A stretch of DNA of 63,533 bases, counting the filler, from Reclinomonas americana ATCC 50394 (taxonomy: Eukaryota): the NCBI GenBank assembly GCA_048213135.1. It is 6 parts of 3 records of this genome, joined end to end, with 100 filler letters (N's around TTAATTAATTAA, not from the genome) between each part and the next. Parts side by side here need not be neighbours in the genome. Positions count along the whole stretch, not along the records: positions 22,540 to 43,796 come from PS015026.1; 5 more parts are not named here. One strand, given 5' to 3'. Positions 26,771 to 39,090 of this stretch are shown here, in pieces. The position numbers and the translations under genes were made by a program. The notes below the pieces were generated by a model. That model saw only the letters and a list, made by a program, of their open reading frames with translations. It did no database searches and had not been told where the DNA came from. How positions within the stretch are numbered: position 1 is the stretch's first letter; each line of letters starts with the position of its first letter.

Positions 26771-28893
26771 TGTCGACGGCCGGTCTGCTGCAGGTGGCAG
26801 GTGCGGCGATTCTGGGAAGTGTGTCGACGGCCGGAACGATCAGCTCTGCTGGCCTCATCACCGGCGGCAATATGACGACTGCTGGTTTCGTGCAAGGATT
26901 TGCAGTGAGTTCATCGGGGCTGATCAGTGGCGGAACACTGAGCACCGCCGGGTCTATTTTGGCCGGTGGTGTTGTTTCCTCCACTGGCGTTTCGACGGGC
27001 TTTGTCAATGCAAGTGGCCTCGTCTCGGGAGGTGGCCTGTCGACGTCGGGCTTGACGCAAAGTGCCAGCATCACGGCCACTGGTCTCATTGCCGCCAGCA
27101 GCTTCTCCACCACCGGTACCATGATTAGTGGCGGCCTGCTGACGGCGCTGAGTGGCATCTCTAGCGCCGGCAATGTGCAGGTTGGAACCCTTAACAGCAC
27201 CAGCAATATCTCCACGGGCGGCTTCCTGTCAGTTGGCCTGAGCGCCAATGTAGCTGGCGCGCTTACGGTCGGCAATGTCAGCACCAACAGTCTGGCAGTT
27301 AGTGGCTCTGCGACGGCGGGTTCGATCTCTTCTGCCGGCTTCTTGCTGCTTGGCGGCAACGCCTCTGTGGGCACGCTGAGCAGTGCGGGCGACATGACTG
27401 TGTCCGGTGTCATTGTGGGCGGCAGCCTGTCGACGGCTGGCTCACTGACGGCCTCGACGCTTACAGTCAATCAGCTGAATCTGACGACTTCTGCCGTGAG
27501 CACCAGCGGCCTTGTGACCAGTGGCAGCTTCACCACGGCCGGCTTTGTTCTGGCCGCCGGCCTCGTGTCTGGCGGCTCGTTGACGACATCGGGTCTGGTC
27601 GTCGGCGGCAGTGTGAGTGCCTCTGGCCTGGTCAGCGCCGTGCGCTTGGCCGTTGGTACCGACGGCGCTTCCGTCAATGGCGGATTCACTGCGAATGGTG
27701 AGTTGATTGTGTTTGAGTGGAGGGAGAGAGGGGAGAAGGAGGAGTAGGAGGATGCATGTACGAAGGGCGGAGGCAGTGACTTGAGATTTTGAATGTTGAC
27801 TCATTCTCGTGTTCATGCAGCTGCGGCCACGTTTAACAATCTGATCAATGTGGAGAGTCTGCTTCGCTTGCGGTCGACTNNNNNNNNNNNNNNNNNNNNN
27901 NNNNNNNNNNNNNNNNNNNNNNNNNNNNNNNNNNNNNNNNNNNNNNNNNNNNNNNNNNNNNNNNNNNNNNNNNNNNNNNNNNNNNNNNNNNNNNNNNNNN
28001 NNNNNNNNNNNNNNNNNNNNNNNNNNNNNNNNNNNNNNNNNNNNNNNNNNNNNNNNNNNNNNNNNNNNNNNNNNNNNNNNNNNNNNNNNNNNNNNNNNNN
28101 NNNNNNNNNACGGGCTCAGTCTCGGCCGTCAACTCGTATGGCATTATGCAGTACATTGAGGCGCCGGGCAATGGTGCCAGCGACCAGCTGTGGCTGCGCA
28201 CCAAGAACGTGTACATTGAGCTGACGAACGTGCGTATGGCGGGCTCTGCAACTTGTCGTTGTTGATGTCGTTGCTCACAATCCAATGCTTTGTGTGTGTG
28301 TGTGTATGTGTATGCGCAGAGCGGAGCATCGCAGCCGTCCGATCGCCAACTCAAGCACAACGTGCAGCCCATTCAGGGCGCTCTCGACAAGGTTCTGCAG
28401 CTGGGCGGGTGGACATTTGAGTGGAATGATGTGCGTGACCGGGAGGAGAAGACAGCGCAGAGTTGCAATCGCTGACCCTGTGCTGATTGCGTGTTTTATT
28501 GTGTTTTTAGTTGGCCATCAAGGCAGGCATGAAGGCTGGTACTCGGTCACTCGGTTTCATCGCCCAGGAATTCGAGCAGCACTTCCCCGACCTGGTCGTT
28601 CATCAGCAGCGCCCAGATGGATCGGTGCGTGTTTCCGTCCCACGCTTCGTCGGTCATTGCCCACACTTGCTCACTTGTTGTTGTTGTCACAGATGATCCG
28701 CCGTGTTTCATATGGTCCATTCGTTGCGGTGCTGGTCGAGGCCATCAAGGAGCAGCAGCACGTAATTGAGCGGCAAGAGGACGAGCTGCAGCGACTGAAG
28801 GAGTCCATGTCCACACAGATGGCCGCAATGCAGCAGCAGCTGAATCAGTTGCAAGCACAGCTGCAGCTTGTGTTGCAGCAGCGACTTCAATAG
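14283..28893 (+). CDS. Giant Gly/Ser/Thr/Ala/Val beta-repeat fibre protein with C-terminal Peptidase S74 (intramolecular chaperone, ICA) domain and coiled coil; 5' end missing
   Basis: The frame is continuous across all N-gaps if they are removed and the 114-bp overlap (22326-22439 = 22540-22653) is merged. Giant exon ends at 27697, then exons 27821-28229, 28320-28430, 28511-28624 and 28693-28893 encode SDRQLKHNVQPIQGALDKVLQLGGWTFEWND..RSLGFIAQEFEQHFPDLV..VSYGPFVAVLVEAIKEQQHVIERQEDELQRLK. Confidence 0.9.
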
Positions 28894-28949
28894 TGAACGT
28901 CGATGTATGATGATGAGTAGGACACGCTCACCTCAATCAATCAAGAATC

Positions 28950-29280
28950 ATGAGTGGAAGACAAGCCAAGCCCGTGCATCCCCGCAGCCGTAACGCGCGG
29001 TACATCTCCTCCCAAGTGCACCACCAGCAGAAGCTCAAGAAGCAGAGACACAAGCGTGATGTGAGCACGTCTGTCAGAGGTGCGTGTGTGTGTGAATCTG
29101 CACATGTCCGTGCATGCACGACCTCTGCCCACAACCTCGGCCTCCCTCCCGTGTGTGCGACGCACAGCCGACAAGTTCCTGTGGCTTCAGCAAGTACTTG
29201 CTGCCGAGTTCCCCAACTCGATGACCTACGGCGACGCCCGCGCAATGCTGCCAAGGTCTGAATGCTCTCTGTCTCCCTCT

Positions 29281-29311
<31 letters not shown>

Positions 29312-29947
29312 GATGTGGAAGAGTGGAGTCCAGATACATTGCCCGCCACGACGATGAGATTGCGGAGCTGGAGGAGAAGCGACGAGGCCGTCTGCCGCTC
29401 ACTGCACGCGAGTCACTGTTGCGGGAGCAGAAGCGTGCAGAGGAGGCAGCGTGCATGCGACGAGACTTTGGTGCGCAGTGTGTGTCTCTTCGAGTATGTC
29501 GATCTCCGCCGCTGAAGTGTGTGTGCGATTGCAGAGTTCCCCGATGTGTTCTCCAAGGCTCGCCTGCGCGACTTTCTGTTGCGTCTCTTTCGTTGTCGTT
29601 GTTGTTGGTCCCCTGATCTCTGGTGGCTGACGTGTGGGTGGAGAGCAGGCTGTGGGACGGGAAGCCGACCAAGGTCGAATCGTTCAAGGTGATCAAAATG
29701 GGCTTCGCGGCCGCCGACGATGGCACCGACGACGACGACGATGCCGACGGGGAAGCTGCTGGTGAAAAGACGCCGATTGCGTCGGTGTGTGTCTCTGTGT
29801 CTGTGTATACGTGCGCGATGGCGCCTCGTCTGTCTGTGTGCTGACCGTGTGCTGCAGTCGGCGACATTGTCTCTGAGTGGCACCGATCCGAACAAGCCGA
29901 GTCCGTTTGGGAGCAGGAAGATGGAGGTGACAGCCGCTGCTGAGTGA
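28950..29947 (+). CDS. TMA16: Translation machinery-associated protein 16
   Basis: VHPRSRNARYISSQVHHQQKLKKQR, DKFLWLQQ, YIARHDDEIAELEEKRR and LWDG match the Tma16 pattern. Multi-exon. Confidence 0.8.
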
Positions 29948-29997
29948 AGACGCAAGGCAACCACAGTACGCGATAAGACGATGAGGGTGTGTGGTCT

Positions 29998-31911
29998 TCA
30001 TTTTGATCCGCGGCGTTGTGCTGCCGCCAAGGCCTGCGCCATGAGCTCGTTCAACACGCGTTCCACGTCCGCCACATCGTCCACGGCCGTTTGGTCTTTC
30101 TTCGGCAGCAGGGTGAAGGTCTCCGGGCACTTGGGTCGGACCTGGTACTTGCGCAGATGCGCCGGTTGCAGGAGTCGCGTGTCGGGAGCCTGCGTTGAGG
30201 ATTGTGAGGGGGAAAGTCACTACCTTCAGCAGCGGGATCGCTGCAGAACGCACAGAGTTCGGCTCGGAGAATGCCGGATCGCGGTTGCCGTCCAGGTAAC
30301 GCACAAACACGCTGGCCCACTCGAGGAAGCGGATACGCCGCTCGGCTGTCGCGTTCTGCAACGCAGTGACCAATCCGACTTGTCGCACCTCGGCGAAGAA
30401 ATCCTGCGCCAAGAGGATCGCACTGAGCAACGATCCATCACTGGGAATCGGTTCTCGCAAACACACACCTGCGTCAATGGCGGCTTGAAAAGAGGCGCCT
30501 GGAACGTGCGAGTGGTCATGTAGCCGTGCGGCGAGAACAGCGGCAGCATGGCCCAGCCGGCCGATTCGAACTTGTCCAGCTGTGCGACGTTTTAAGAGAC
30601 ACAACTGCAGCAGCGCAGGCGACTCGAGAAAAGGGCTCACTCACCGTCGGCGCAAAAGCAAACACCTCGATCACCACAATGCCCTTGGGGTCAAACGGAA
30701 TCTCCTCAAAGCGCTGTGCATCCGCCCCCAGCAGTGAGGGTCTTGTCTCTCTCTCTCTCACGTTTGTTGTCAAGTAACAAGGCACACACTTACCCACGGC
30801 GAGTCGAGGAATCCGGGATGACGCTGCGGAGCACTCCAATCGGGCGACGTCGTGAATGCCTGAATGGCAGTGGGCGAGCCGTACGGATGCGCGGCCGTGT
30901 CGAGGGTCATGAGGGCTTTGAAGTGCAAGCTCTTTGGCATATTCTGCAAGCCATCCACGGCGACCTGCCACGTCGACGTGCGCGGTCAGCACGACGATCA
31001 CACAAGAGCAAGCGCGCCGGCGCCACGCAACACTGAAACCGGCTGTTGGGTTGTACCGAGCGATAAAGGTGGGATCGAGCAGCGTCGTTGGCTGCCCTGT
31101 TCCCAGCGACTCACGGATCCAACCGTCCACCGCCCGCGTGTCGTCCTGCATCATTGAGAGAAATAGATGTCACCATGACGCTCCTGACACTCTCGAGTCC
31201 AGGCGCCACCGCACCTTGTCAATGCCGCTGTTCATGATTCCGACCAGTGCACGCAACGGTTTGTCGACGCGCAGCAGCCGCTTCTTGTACAAGAGGCGCT
31301 CGTGCGGCTGCGGCTCACACAGTGTCGAATCGTAGGCTCCAGAACGATAGTTGGGAGACGGCACCGCCAAGCCTAACCGGGGGAGGGGGCGGGGGTGAGA
31401 GCGAAGCAGGATGAGCGACGACTGCGACAGCCACGTACCCCTCGATACCCATTCCTCGCGTGGCACCAGTGTGCGCGACAGTACGCGTCCAGGCTCGTTG
31501 TTGATGAAGCCGCGTGGAGCTACGAGAACTCGCAGCAGTATCGAGCACGTCGGCACTCTGCAGGACGACACAGAATGAGGAGACAAAGCACTATCAGCAG
31601 TAGATACGGCGACACACCGCTCTTTGCCGTGAGCCGAGGCAGCGGAGATGGGTCCCTGGTTCGGCGACCCCATGTACACCGGCAGCTGGTACAGGCCAGC
31701 GCGAAGAAGACCAGTGTCCGTAAACAACTCAAATACACTGAATCCGACAACCTGCGATGCAAGCACGGTGAGTCACGTGCACATGCACTCTCGGGCGACA
31801 GCGCCCGACTCACCCGCAGTTGTCTTCCAAACAATTCAATTGTGTCAATCTGTACATATAATACACCGTCGCGAGGTACAGTGCCCCGCAGACCGAGATA
31901 GCCCTGCATAT

Positions 31912-31946
<35 letters not shown>

Positions 31947-33866
31947 AGAGAGAGATGTTATGCAATCGACTTGGAGGGAGAGCCAGCAAACGAAAACGAA
32001 CATCATAGGCAGGCGAATACGAGTCGCCGTCGACACTGGCACACGCATCCGTGTAGCCCACTGGCGTCCAGTCTGGCTTGTACATGCGGATTTGTACCTG
32101 CACGCCAACACCACGCAACGTAAGAATGCAGGGGGCTCTCCCATCGCCGCATTGCGACACAATCACAGACGGACCTTGGAGATTGTGCAACTGTCGGGCA
32201 GATACCGAGCACCGTCCACATAAATGTCGACGCCGTCGTCGTCTTGGACACGCACACCTAATCGTGGAGCATCAGCCACAAAATTCTACCCACACACACA
32301 CAATCTCCCTCTCTCTCGCGCACCAATCTGCTGCAAATCGACTTTCCGGAATGCTTTGCGTGGCACACCCTCCACGTCCTCGGCCAGATCGTCTCCCTCG
32401 GGCAGCGCATCGCACACTCGCGGTGGATGCTCCTCCCGGAATATCTGCGCCCAGACATCATTGTCATTATTCACAGGTCACGACATATCTGCATGACACG
32501 CCCGGCCGCCATACCACAAGTTCCACTTGCGGGTCGGTCGCCGACGGTTCACTGCCTGCCATGCGCTGCTGCTGAATCGTGACCATGCTCAGTAGCACGT
32601 TGCGCGAGCTGCACACACATGACATGACAGGGTGTGGTGAGCAGATGGTCACCGCAGCATGGGTGCGGGGCATACATTCAACCAACCTGCCACCGCCACC
32701 ACCGACCATGTCGGGCCGACGTCCGGGCACCAGCGGCAGGTGAACGGGGCCCGCATTGAGCACTGCATTCGAACACAGTCACCTACAGTTGATCACTGCG
32801 CCGACGAGACAAACAGGTCGACGTACCCTGGGCTCCTGTTGCTGGATCAGCAACCAGAAGAGACATGGCGGCCCAGCCCACTGGCACCACCTCCTCGTCG
32901 ACAGAGGAGATGCTGGAGGCTGACTTGGGTCGTCCCTCGCTGTCACGCTGGGAGGGAAGCGATCACACACTGGCAGCACGNNNNNNNNNNNNNNNNNNNN
33001 NNNNNNNNNNNNNNNNNNNNNNNNNNNNNNNNNNNNNNNNNNNNNNNNNNNNNNNNNNNNNNNNNNNNNNNNNNNNNNNNNNNNNNNNNNNNNNNNNNNN
33101 NNNNNNNNNNNNNNNNNNNNNNNNNNNNNNNNNNNNNNNNNNNNNNNNNNNNNNNNNNNNNNNNNNNNNNNNNNNNNNNNNNNNNNNGCCTCGAGAACTT
33201 CGACCAGCAGTTCAGCCGTGGACAACAGCCGGGCATCGTGGAAAATGGTGCGCTCTTCAAAACTGTACAAACCGCGCGACCACGACATCTGCCCCAGAGT
33301 TCGTGAGAGATGAGTGCACACCTTTCGTATCTTGAGGGACACTTACATCGCGTACACGAGTGCGCCACGTGTACGGCAGGCCCTGGTCATTCTTCAGCAC
33401 ACGCCGACTAGACACGAGGCTAAACTTTACAAAGACACGCTCGGAGCCAAACAGCTCCTTGCAGGCGACACACAAGACGCCGACTCTGCACACGAGCACA
33501 CATCAGCATGAGAGATATGGGCATGTGCGCGCGTGTCTCTATCTTTGCATAGCAGCATGCCGCAACGATGATACAAGTGTCGCCGCCGGTGTGGCAAGTC
33601 GAGCGGCCGCCGACGAAGGCACCAGCATTCGTGACGACTCAGCGGTTTGAGGAACTGCGAAATGGCGCATGTCAGGTCGATGATGACTCTCTGCGGCAAC
33701 AATGCTGTCGACACTCCACCTGTCAGTGGTGTTACTTCTCGCGAAATAAGCACCGACGGTCGATGAGCTGAGCCAGGGGGCTCCGCAGGTGGCGGTGGAG
33801 ACCGCGGGAGTTGCTGTTGCGAGTATGCCATTTTAAGTCAGCACATACTAACCAGTAGCGGTACGT

Positions 33867-33899
<33 letters not shown>

Positions 33900-36800
33900 C
33901 GCACCCGAGGCACTGGATCTGGGGACGGTGCGACGTCCAGAGGAGCGTACGCCGGGTGCAACTGATAGTGTGGTCGCATGCTGACATTCGTCGGCAGCTT
34001 GAACTGGTCGTTGCTGTCGACGGCGTGCAGCACACGATAGCACAATTCGACACGGGGCACACTGCACATGCGCGCGTGAGATGCCAGCGCATGGAAAAGA
34101 GTCGGACATGATGGTGATGTACCGTGTGGAGGCACTGTCGATCGACGTCACATCAGAGGCGGGAACCACCGGCGCAAAATACAGCGGTGCTTTCCAGTAG
34201 CCGGTGAGCAGTTGAGGCACGTCACCGCCAGCGAAAATGTCCAGCGCGGCCCATCCCACCGACTGCACGAGTGACAGGCGCGTGAGGACTCGACAGGCGT
34301 GACGGAGAGCAGAAAAACGAACTCGTGTCACTCACCTTGGTCTTGTGTGGCTCTCTTGGTCCGCGGCCGTGTTGCACAATGATCGACACCTCACAGATCA
34401 CATACATCGTCGGCGATGCGGTCGTCTGGAGTCGCGAGAATGAACAGTCAGCAGTCTCTTTGGAGCAGCAGGAGGAGAGCAACAGTGGTGATGCAACCTT
34501 TGGGAACTGGCGCTCCTCTTGAATGATGCCGTGCTGGAAGGACATGCCGCCCGACGTGGTGAAACAAGGTGGCATGGCCTTGGGTCTGGTGACGGCATTC
34601 GCGCCGTCAAACACAGCGTACGCCACTTGGATCTCGTCCGCGTGCTTTGGCAGGTTGAAGATGAAATCCCTGACCACAATCAATCGCAACTGGTGAGATT
34701 GAGTCAGCGACAACACCACAGTGGCGACGCGCCACTCACCAGATAATGGAGAAGCCTTCGTCGTAGTTGTACAAACGACGGGGAATATCGACAGCGTCCA
34801 CCGGCACAGTTGTGCTCGCCAGCTGCACTTTGGTACGGGCCTGTGGGATTGCGAGTGGGGTGAGCCGACAGAACCGGCAACAGAATGCAAGCGGAGCGAC
34901 TGACCTCCTCCAGCGCATGCATTTGCTCTTCGTGCCACTTTTCGCGCTCGCGTTTCTCCAGCTCCGCTTTGCGTTTTTGGTCGGCCTCCTTGCGCAGCGC
35001 TGTCAACTTGTCCTCGTAACTGAGGCGGTCGATTTCGTATTTCAAGCGCGTGATCTCACGAATGTGTTGCATCCGCAATTCGTACAGCTGAGGGTCGGTG
35101 CGTTCTGCAGTTGCGACAGCGTGTCGAGTGAGTGACACGTGAACGGGGATGAGCAAAACAATATCTACATCGCACACGCACTGATGCGACGGAGCTCGCG
35201 CTCATACTCTTGCTCCTCGTCGTCCATGCTGCGCTGAAGCGGTCAGTGCGGCCATCATCGAAGCACGCACACGCAGTCGACGCAACTCGGCTGTCTTGGG
35301 CCTCCTCTCGTCTCTTCCCGCAGCACCAGCGGCACCACCAGCTCCGCCGCCACCACCCGCGCCTCCGCCACCGCCCATGTTTTCGATTTTCGATGCCAAC
35401 TCGGCCAATTGCCGCTCGAACACTGGTACCGCGAGGTGAGTGCGCTGATAGGGTGGGGAGACACGACGGAGGGGCCATGAACACGCAACATCGGTCGGAG
35501 CCGCTCTGCGGTGCGGCAATCTGTGCCAAGTCGCGTTGCAGGCGTTGGTTCTGATGCACAGCAACGAATGGAGTTGGCATTGATTATTGGAAAAAGCAAG
35601 TGAGAGAGACAAGTGCGAATACCTCCATCTCGTTCTGCTGAATGAGTTCATTGGTGGCCGCAATCTGTTGCTGTAGTTGTGCCAGCACCGGATTCTGGAA
35701 GGCGATGAAGAGAGACGTGTCAGTCGACGTTCTATGAGGTCGGAAGAAACCACATGCGCCCATTCCCCACCATTGGCATGCCGTAGGGCGCTTGCATGCC
35801 CATCGCGCCGTACGGTGGTGCGCCGGGATGGTGCGGCATGCCGGGGACCATCATGCCATACGGCTGCTCCATGTAGGCAGGCAGCGGAACCATACCCGGG
35901 TGCTGACCAGGATGGACAGGAAACATACCCGGAGCGCCCCCGTTCGGGAACTGCCCGGCCCGAGTCGGTGTGGTGTCGCCAGCGTGGAACACTGGTGGTG
36001 ACGGCGGGATGTCGTGCATGTCGATATGACGCGGCACGCCCTGAATATCCTGGATGGCATTACGAAGCGACTCCATTTCCCTGAGGATTTGTTGCAACAC
36101 CGATGTCTCGGCTGTCCACACACGCACAAGGCGCGATAAGAATTGCGCAGCGAAGAGAGGGGCACCGGAGGGTGATCAGAGCAATCTACTTTACCTCCAG
36201 CACCAGCACCAACTGCGATCGAATCGGCGCCGTGATTTGATCGCAGCGGTGGTCTGCGCAGAATGTGGCGGAACAAATTTCAGTGACACGATGAGAGGCA
36301 TGCAATCCATCGCCTAAGTTACCTTGAGGAGGAGAGACGTGGAGTGGCTCCACGACCGCTACTGTCGGCAGGCTGCACGAGCGGTGAGCCGATGAAAAGT
36401 TACAGCCGCTGCACAGTGGGGATCGACGACGCACCTTTCTGCTGGCTGCAGTCGTACCTGTTCGCTGCTTCTGCAACATTTCCACCTGCTGGCTGATCTG
36501 CTGGCTCTGTTGCACGAGGCGACGGCGCTCGGCGGCCACCGAGTCATCCTCGTGGTCTTGCTCTGCAGTCAAAATGCGATGAGTCGGGGAGGTGGTGCCA
36601 GTGGAGCGACAAATGCCAACCGCGCAACTGTCGGCCAGCTCCTTGAGCAGCAGTTGGCTCTCGGAGCGCAGCGTTCCCAACTGGTGCATGATGCGCGTGT
36701 ACGTCTGGTGACTGACACCAGCCGCAGAGCTCACCAACCGATCGACCTCTGTTGCAACACAAGAGCGAGTGAGTGTGTGCGTGCAGATCGCGATTTGTTC

Positions 36801-38841
36801 ATGCAATCGCGACAACGAGCGACACCTTCGGCAGTGGTCAGTCGCTGAGCGCGCGTCGACGGTGACGCGGCGTCTGCCAACAGTGGATCCTACAGTGCAC
36901 ACGAGAAGTGAGTGCATCTCGTGTCTTCAACAGCCGCTCCGAGGGAGTCACTCACATCGCCAAACATGTCGACCTGCTGCTGCCGAGAAAGTCGCGACTG
37001 CTGACGCCTCAAATCATCCACACGTTGCTCCATTTTCTGATACTGCGCGCAGACGAGTGAATATTTACAAAAAGGCACAGACATTTCGGTCCGCCAATAC
37101 CTCTTCCTCCAGCTGCGGGATGCGGGCACCGGGCTTGGTTAGGATTCGTGGTGACAGCATGGATCCGGGAGCGTTGGGTCGCGCCACCGTCTGCAGCGTC
37201 TCCGCAATCACCTCCTTCTCATGTCCAAGTCTACCACAGCACACCGAATGAGAGACACGTTATTGCAGCGATAGAGACGGTCACCTCACAGCGTACCGTT
37301 CCAAGGCGATGCGGTGCTTGGCGATGCGATCCGCTCGTCGTGTGGCGATCTCATGAATCGCCTCCTGGGTGCTCATATGCTTCTGCGCTGTCGGTCCCAT
37401 GCCGCCTTCACGTCGGGCGTTCTGCTCACGCGTGGTCTCCAACAGGTGTCGCTCCAGCTGCTCAACATCACGCTTCAGCGCCTCCTCTCGGTGCACGAGC
37501 TCCTCGCGCTCGCGGACCAGCGCATCCATGGCTCTCTTTTGCTCCTCTGTGGCCGCTCGCAGTCCCTCGCTTTCCATATCCTACGCACACAAACACGCAC
37601 GCACTCGCAACGTCACCGAGGTGTGTCGCGAGATGCTGTGCCCGTGGATCACAACGCACCTCGATCTCACGGCGCACTCGTTCGCGCTCCATTCGCGCCT
37701 CCAGCTCCACCCGTCGCGCCTTTTCCAGCTGATCCAGCGCCTCTTGTAACCTGTGCTCCTCCTACACGAGCGACACCATGGTGAACGGTGATGCACGTCG
37801 CGGACAAGCATCACAGTCGGGCACACACCTCCAGCTCCTCAGCCTTGATCCTGTCGACGTCCGATCGCCTTTTATCCAACTCCTGCAGTCGCTCCTGATT
37901 CAGCTCCTGCTTGTACTTGCGCTCCAGCTGCAGCATATCCGCCGGGTGCATCTGCAAGTGCTCCCGTACCTCCTGCAACGACTATGCCACCCGCACTCCA
38001 CGATCAGTCGGACAACCCACCAGCTTCTTGATCATGAAAGTGTGAGTGTGCGTCTCACCATGGTGCCGACAGTGGCCGCCAGTGTGCCACCGACTCCACC
38101 CGAGGTCACATAGTCCTTCACGTCACGAAACCGCACGGCCTTTTTCGAAACATTGCCATGCTGCTGCTCTTCCTCCATCAACCGACTCACGATGGTCGGA
38201 TCCGCATACATGCTGTTGTCGCAAAACTAACACAGAAGAGCAGAGAGAGAGGTGAGACAACGAATTGGTGTCCGTACACTGTCGCCTCACACACCTTCTC
38301 CTGGTGCTTGGCCAGNNNNNNNNNNNNNNNNNNNNNNNNNNNNNNNNNNNNNNNNNNNNNNNNNNNNNNNNNNNNNNNNNNNNNNNNNNNNNNNNNNNNN
38401 NNNNNNNNNNNNNNNNNNNNNNNNNNNNNNNNNNNNNNNNNNNNNNNNNNNNNNNNNNNNNNNNNNNNNNNNNNNNNNNNNNNNNNNNNNNNNNNNNNNN
38501 NNNNNNNNNNNNNNNNNNNNNNNNNNNNNNNNNNNNNNNNNNNNNNNNNNNNNNNNNNNNNNNNNNNNNNNNNNNNNNNNNNNNNNNNNNNNNNNNNNNN
38601 NNNNNNNNNNNNNNNNNNNNNNNNNNNNNNNNNNNNNNNNNNNNNNNNNNNNNNNNNNNNNNNNNNNNNNCAGCTTGGCACTGTCGAATCGCATGCGACA
38701 TTTCCTGCGTGTGCAGATATGAGTGGCGATCGTGTTGATCTCACACACATGAGAACACACACACCGACACTCGTACGCCGGAGTGCCGATGGGAGGGATC
38801 GGCGAGGCCGAGAGCGAGGACGACGCACTCGGTGTCGACAT
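29998..38841 (-). CDS. CCDC17: CCDC17-like protein (N-terminal C2HC zinc finger, coiled coils, C2-like domains); ~30+ exons
   Basis: Spliced N-terminus YECRKCRMRFDSAKLLAKHQEKFC, long coiled coils, YNYDEGFSIIWDFIFNLP, SVGWAALDIF..LLTGYWKAPL, GLYQLPVYMGSP and YNPTAGFSVAVDG. Confidence 0.72.
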
Positions 38842-39090
38842 TCGTGATATGATTGAGCGCGCCAATTTGACATGAGTCATCATTCCCGCCGCGTACGGTC
38901 AGTTTCCAGCTCAGCAACTCCCGCGCGCGCGTATCATCACTCTGTGTGCGAGTGCAAGTGCGTGGCGTGTTATTGTGAAAGGCAGGTTGGTGGCGGGCTC
39001 GTTTCGCGTGCGTGTGTGCACTATTTCAGTATCCAACTTGGAAAGAGCAGTGTGTGTGCGTGGGGAGCCGTTTCCGCCGCGCAAACCCAG

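Noticed and set aside
14679-27470. Long Pro/Val/Thr-rich minus-strand ORFs over the fibre gene
   Set aside because: Antisense shadows of Gly/Thr/Ser-biased codons. Only the + frame is continuous and leads into the S74 domain.
14283-27697. Ice-nucleation protein or bacterial contaminant/autotransporter
   Set aside because: No AGYGST 16-mer periodicity and no beta-barrel. The gene has spliceosomal introns and is contiguous with eukaryotic TMA16.
14283-28893. Endogenous virus or prophage insertion
   Set aside because: No capsid, integrase, polymerase or terminal repeats are visible and the flanks are housekeeping genes. The unsequenced 5' gap remains unknown.
38902-38918. RFX X-box-like GTTTCC-N5-AGCAAC between two putative ciliary genes
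   Set aside because: The spacer is longer than the canonical 0-3 nt, and there is only one occurrence.
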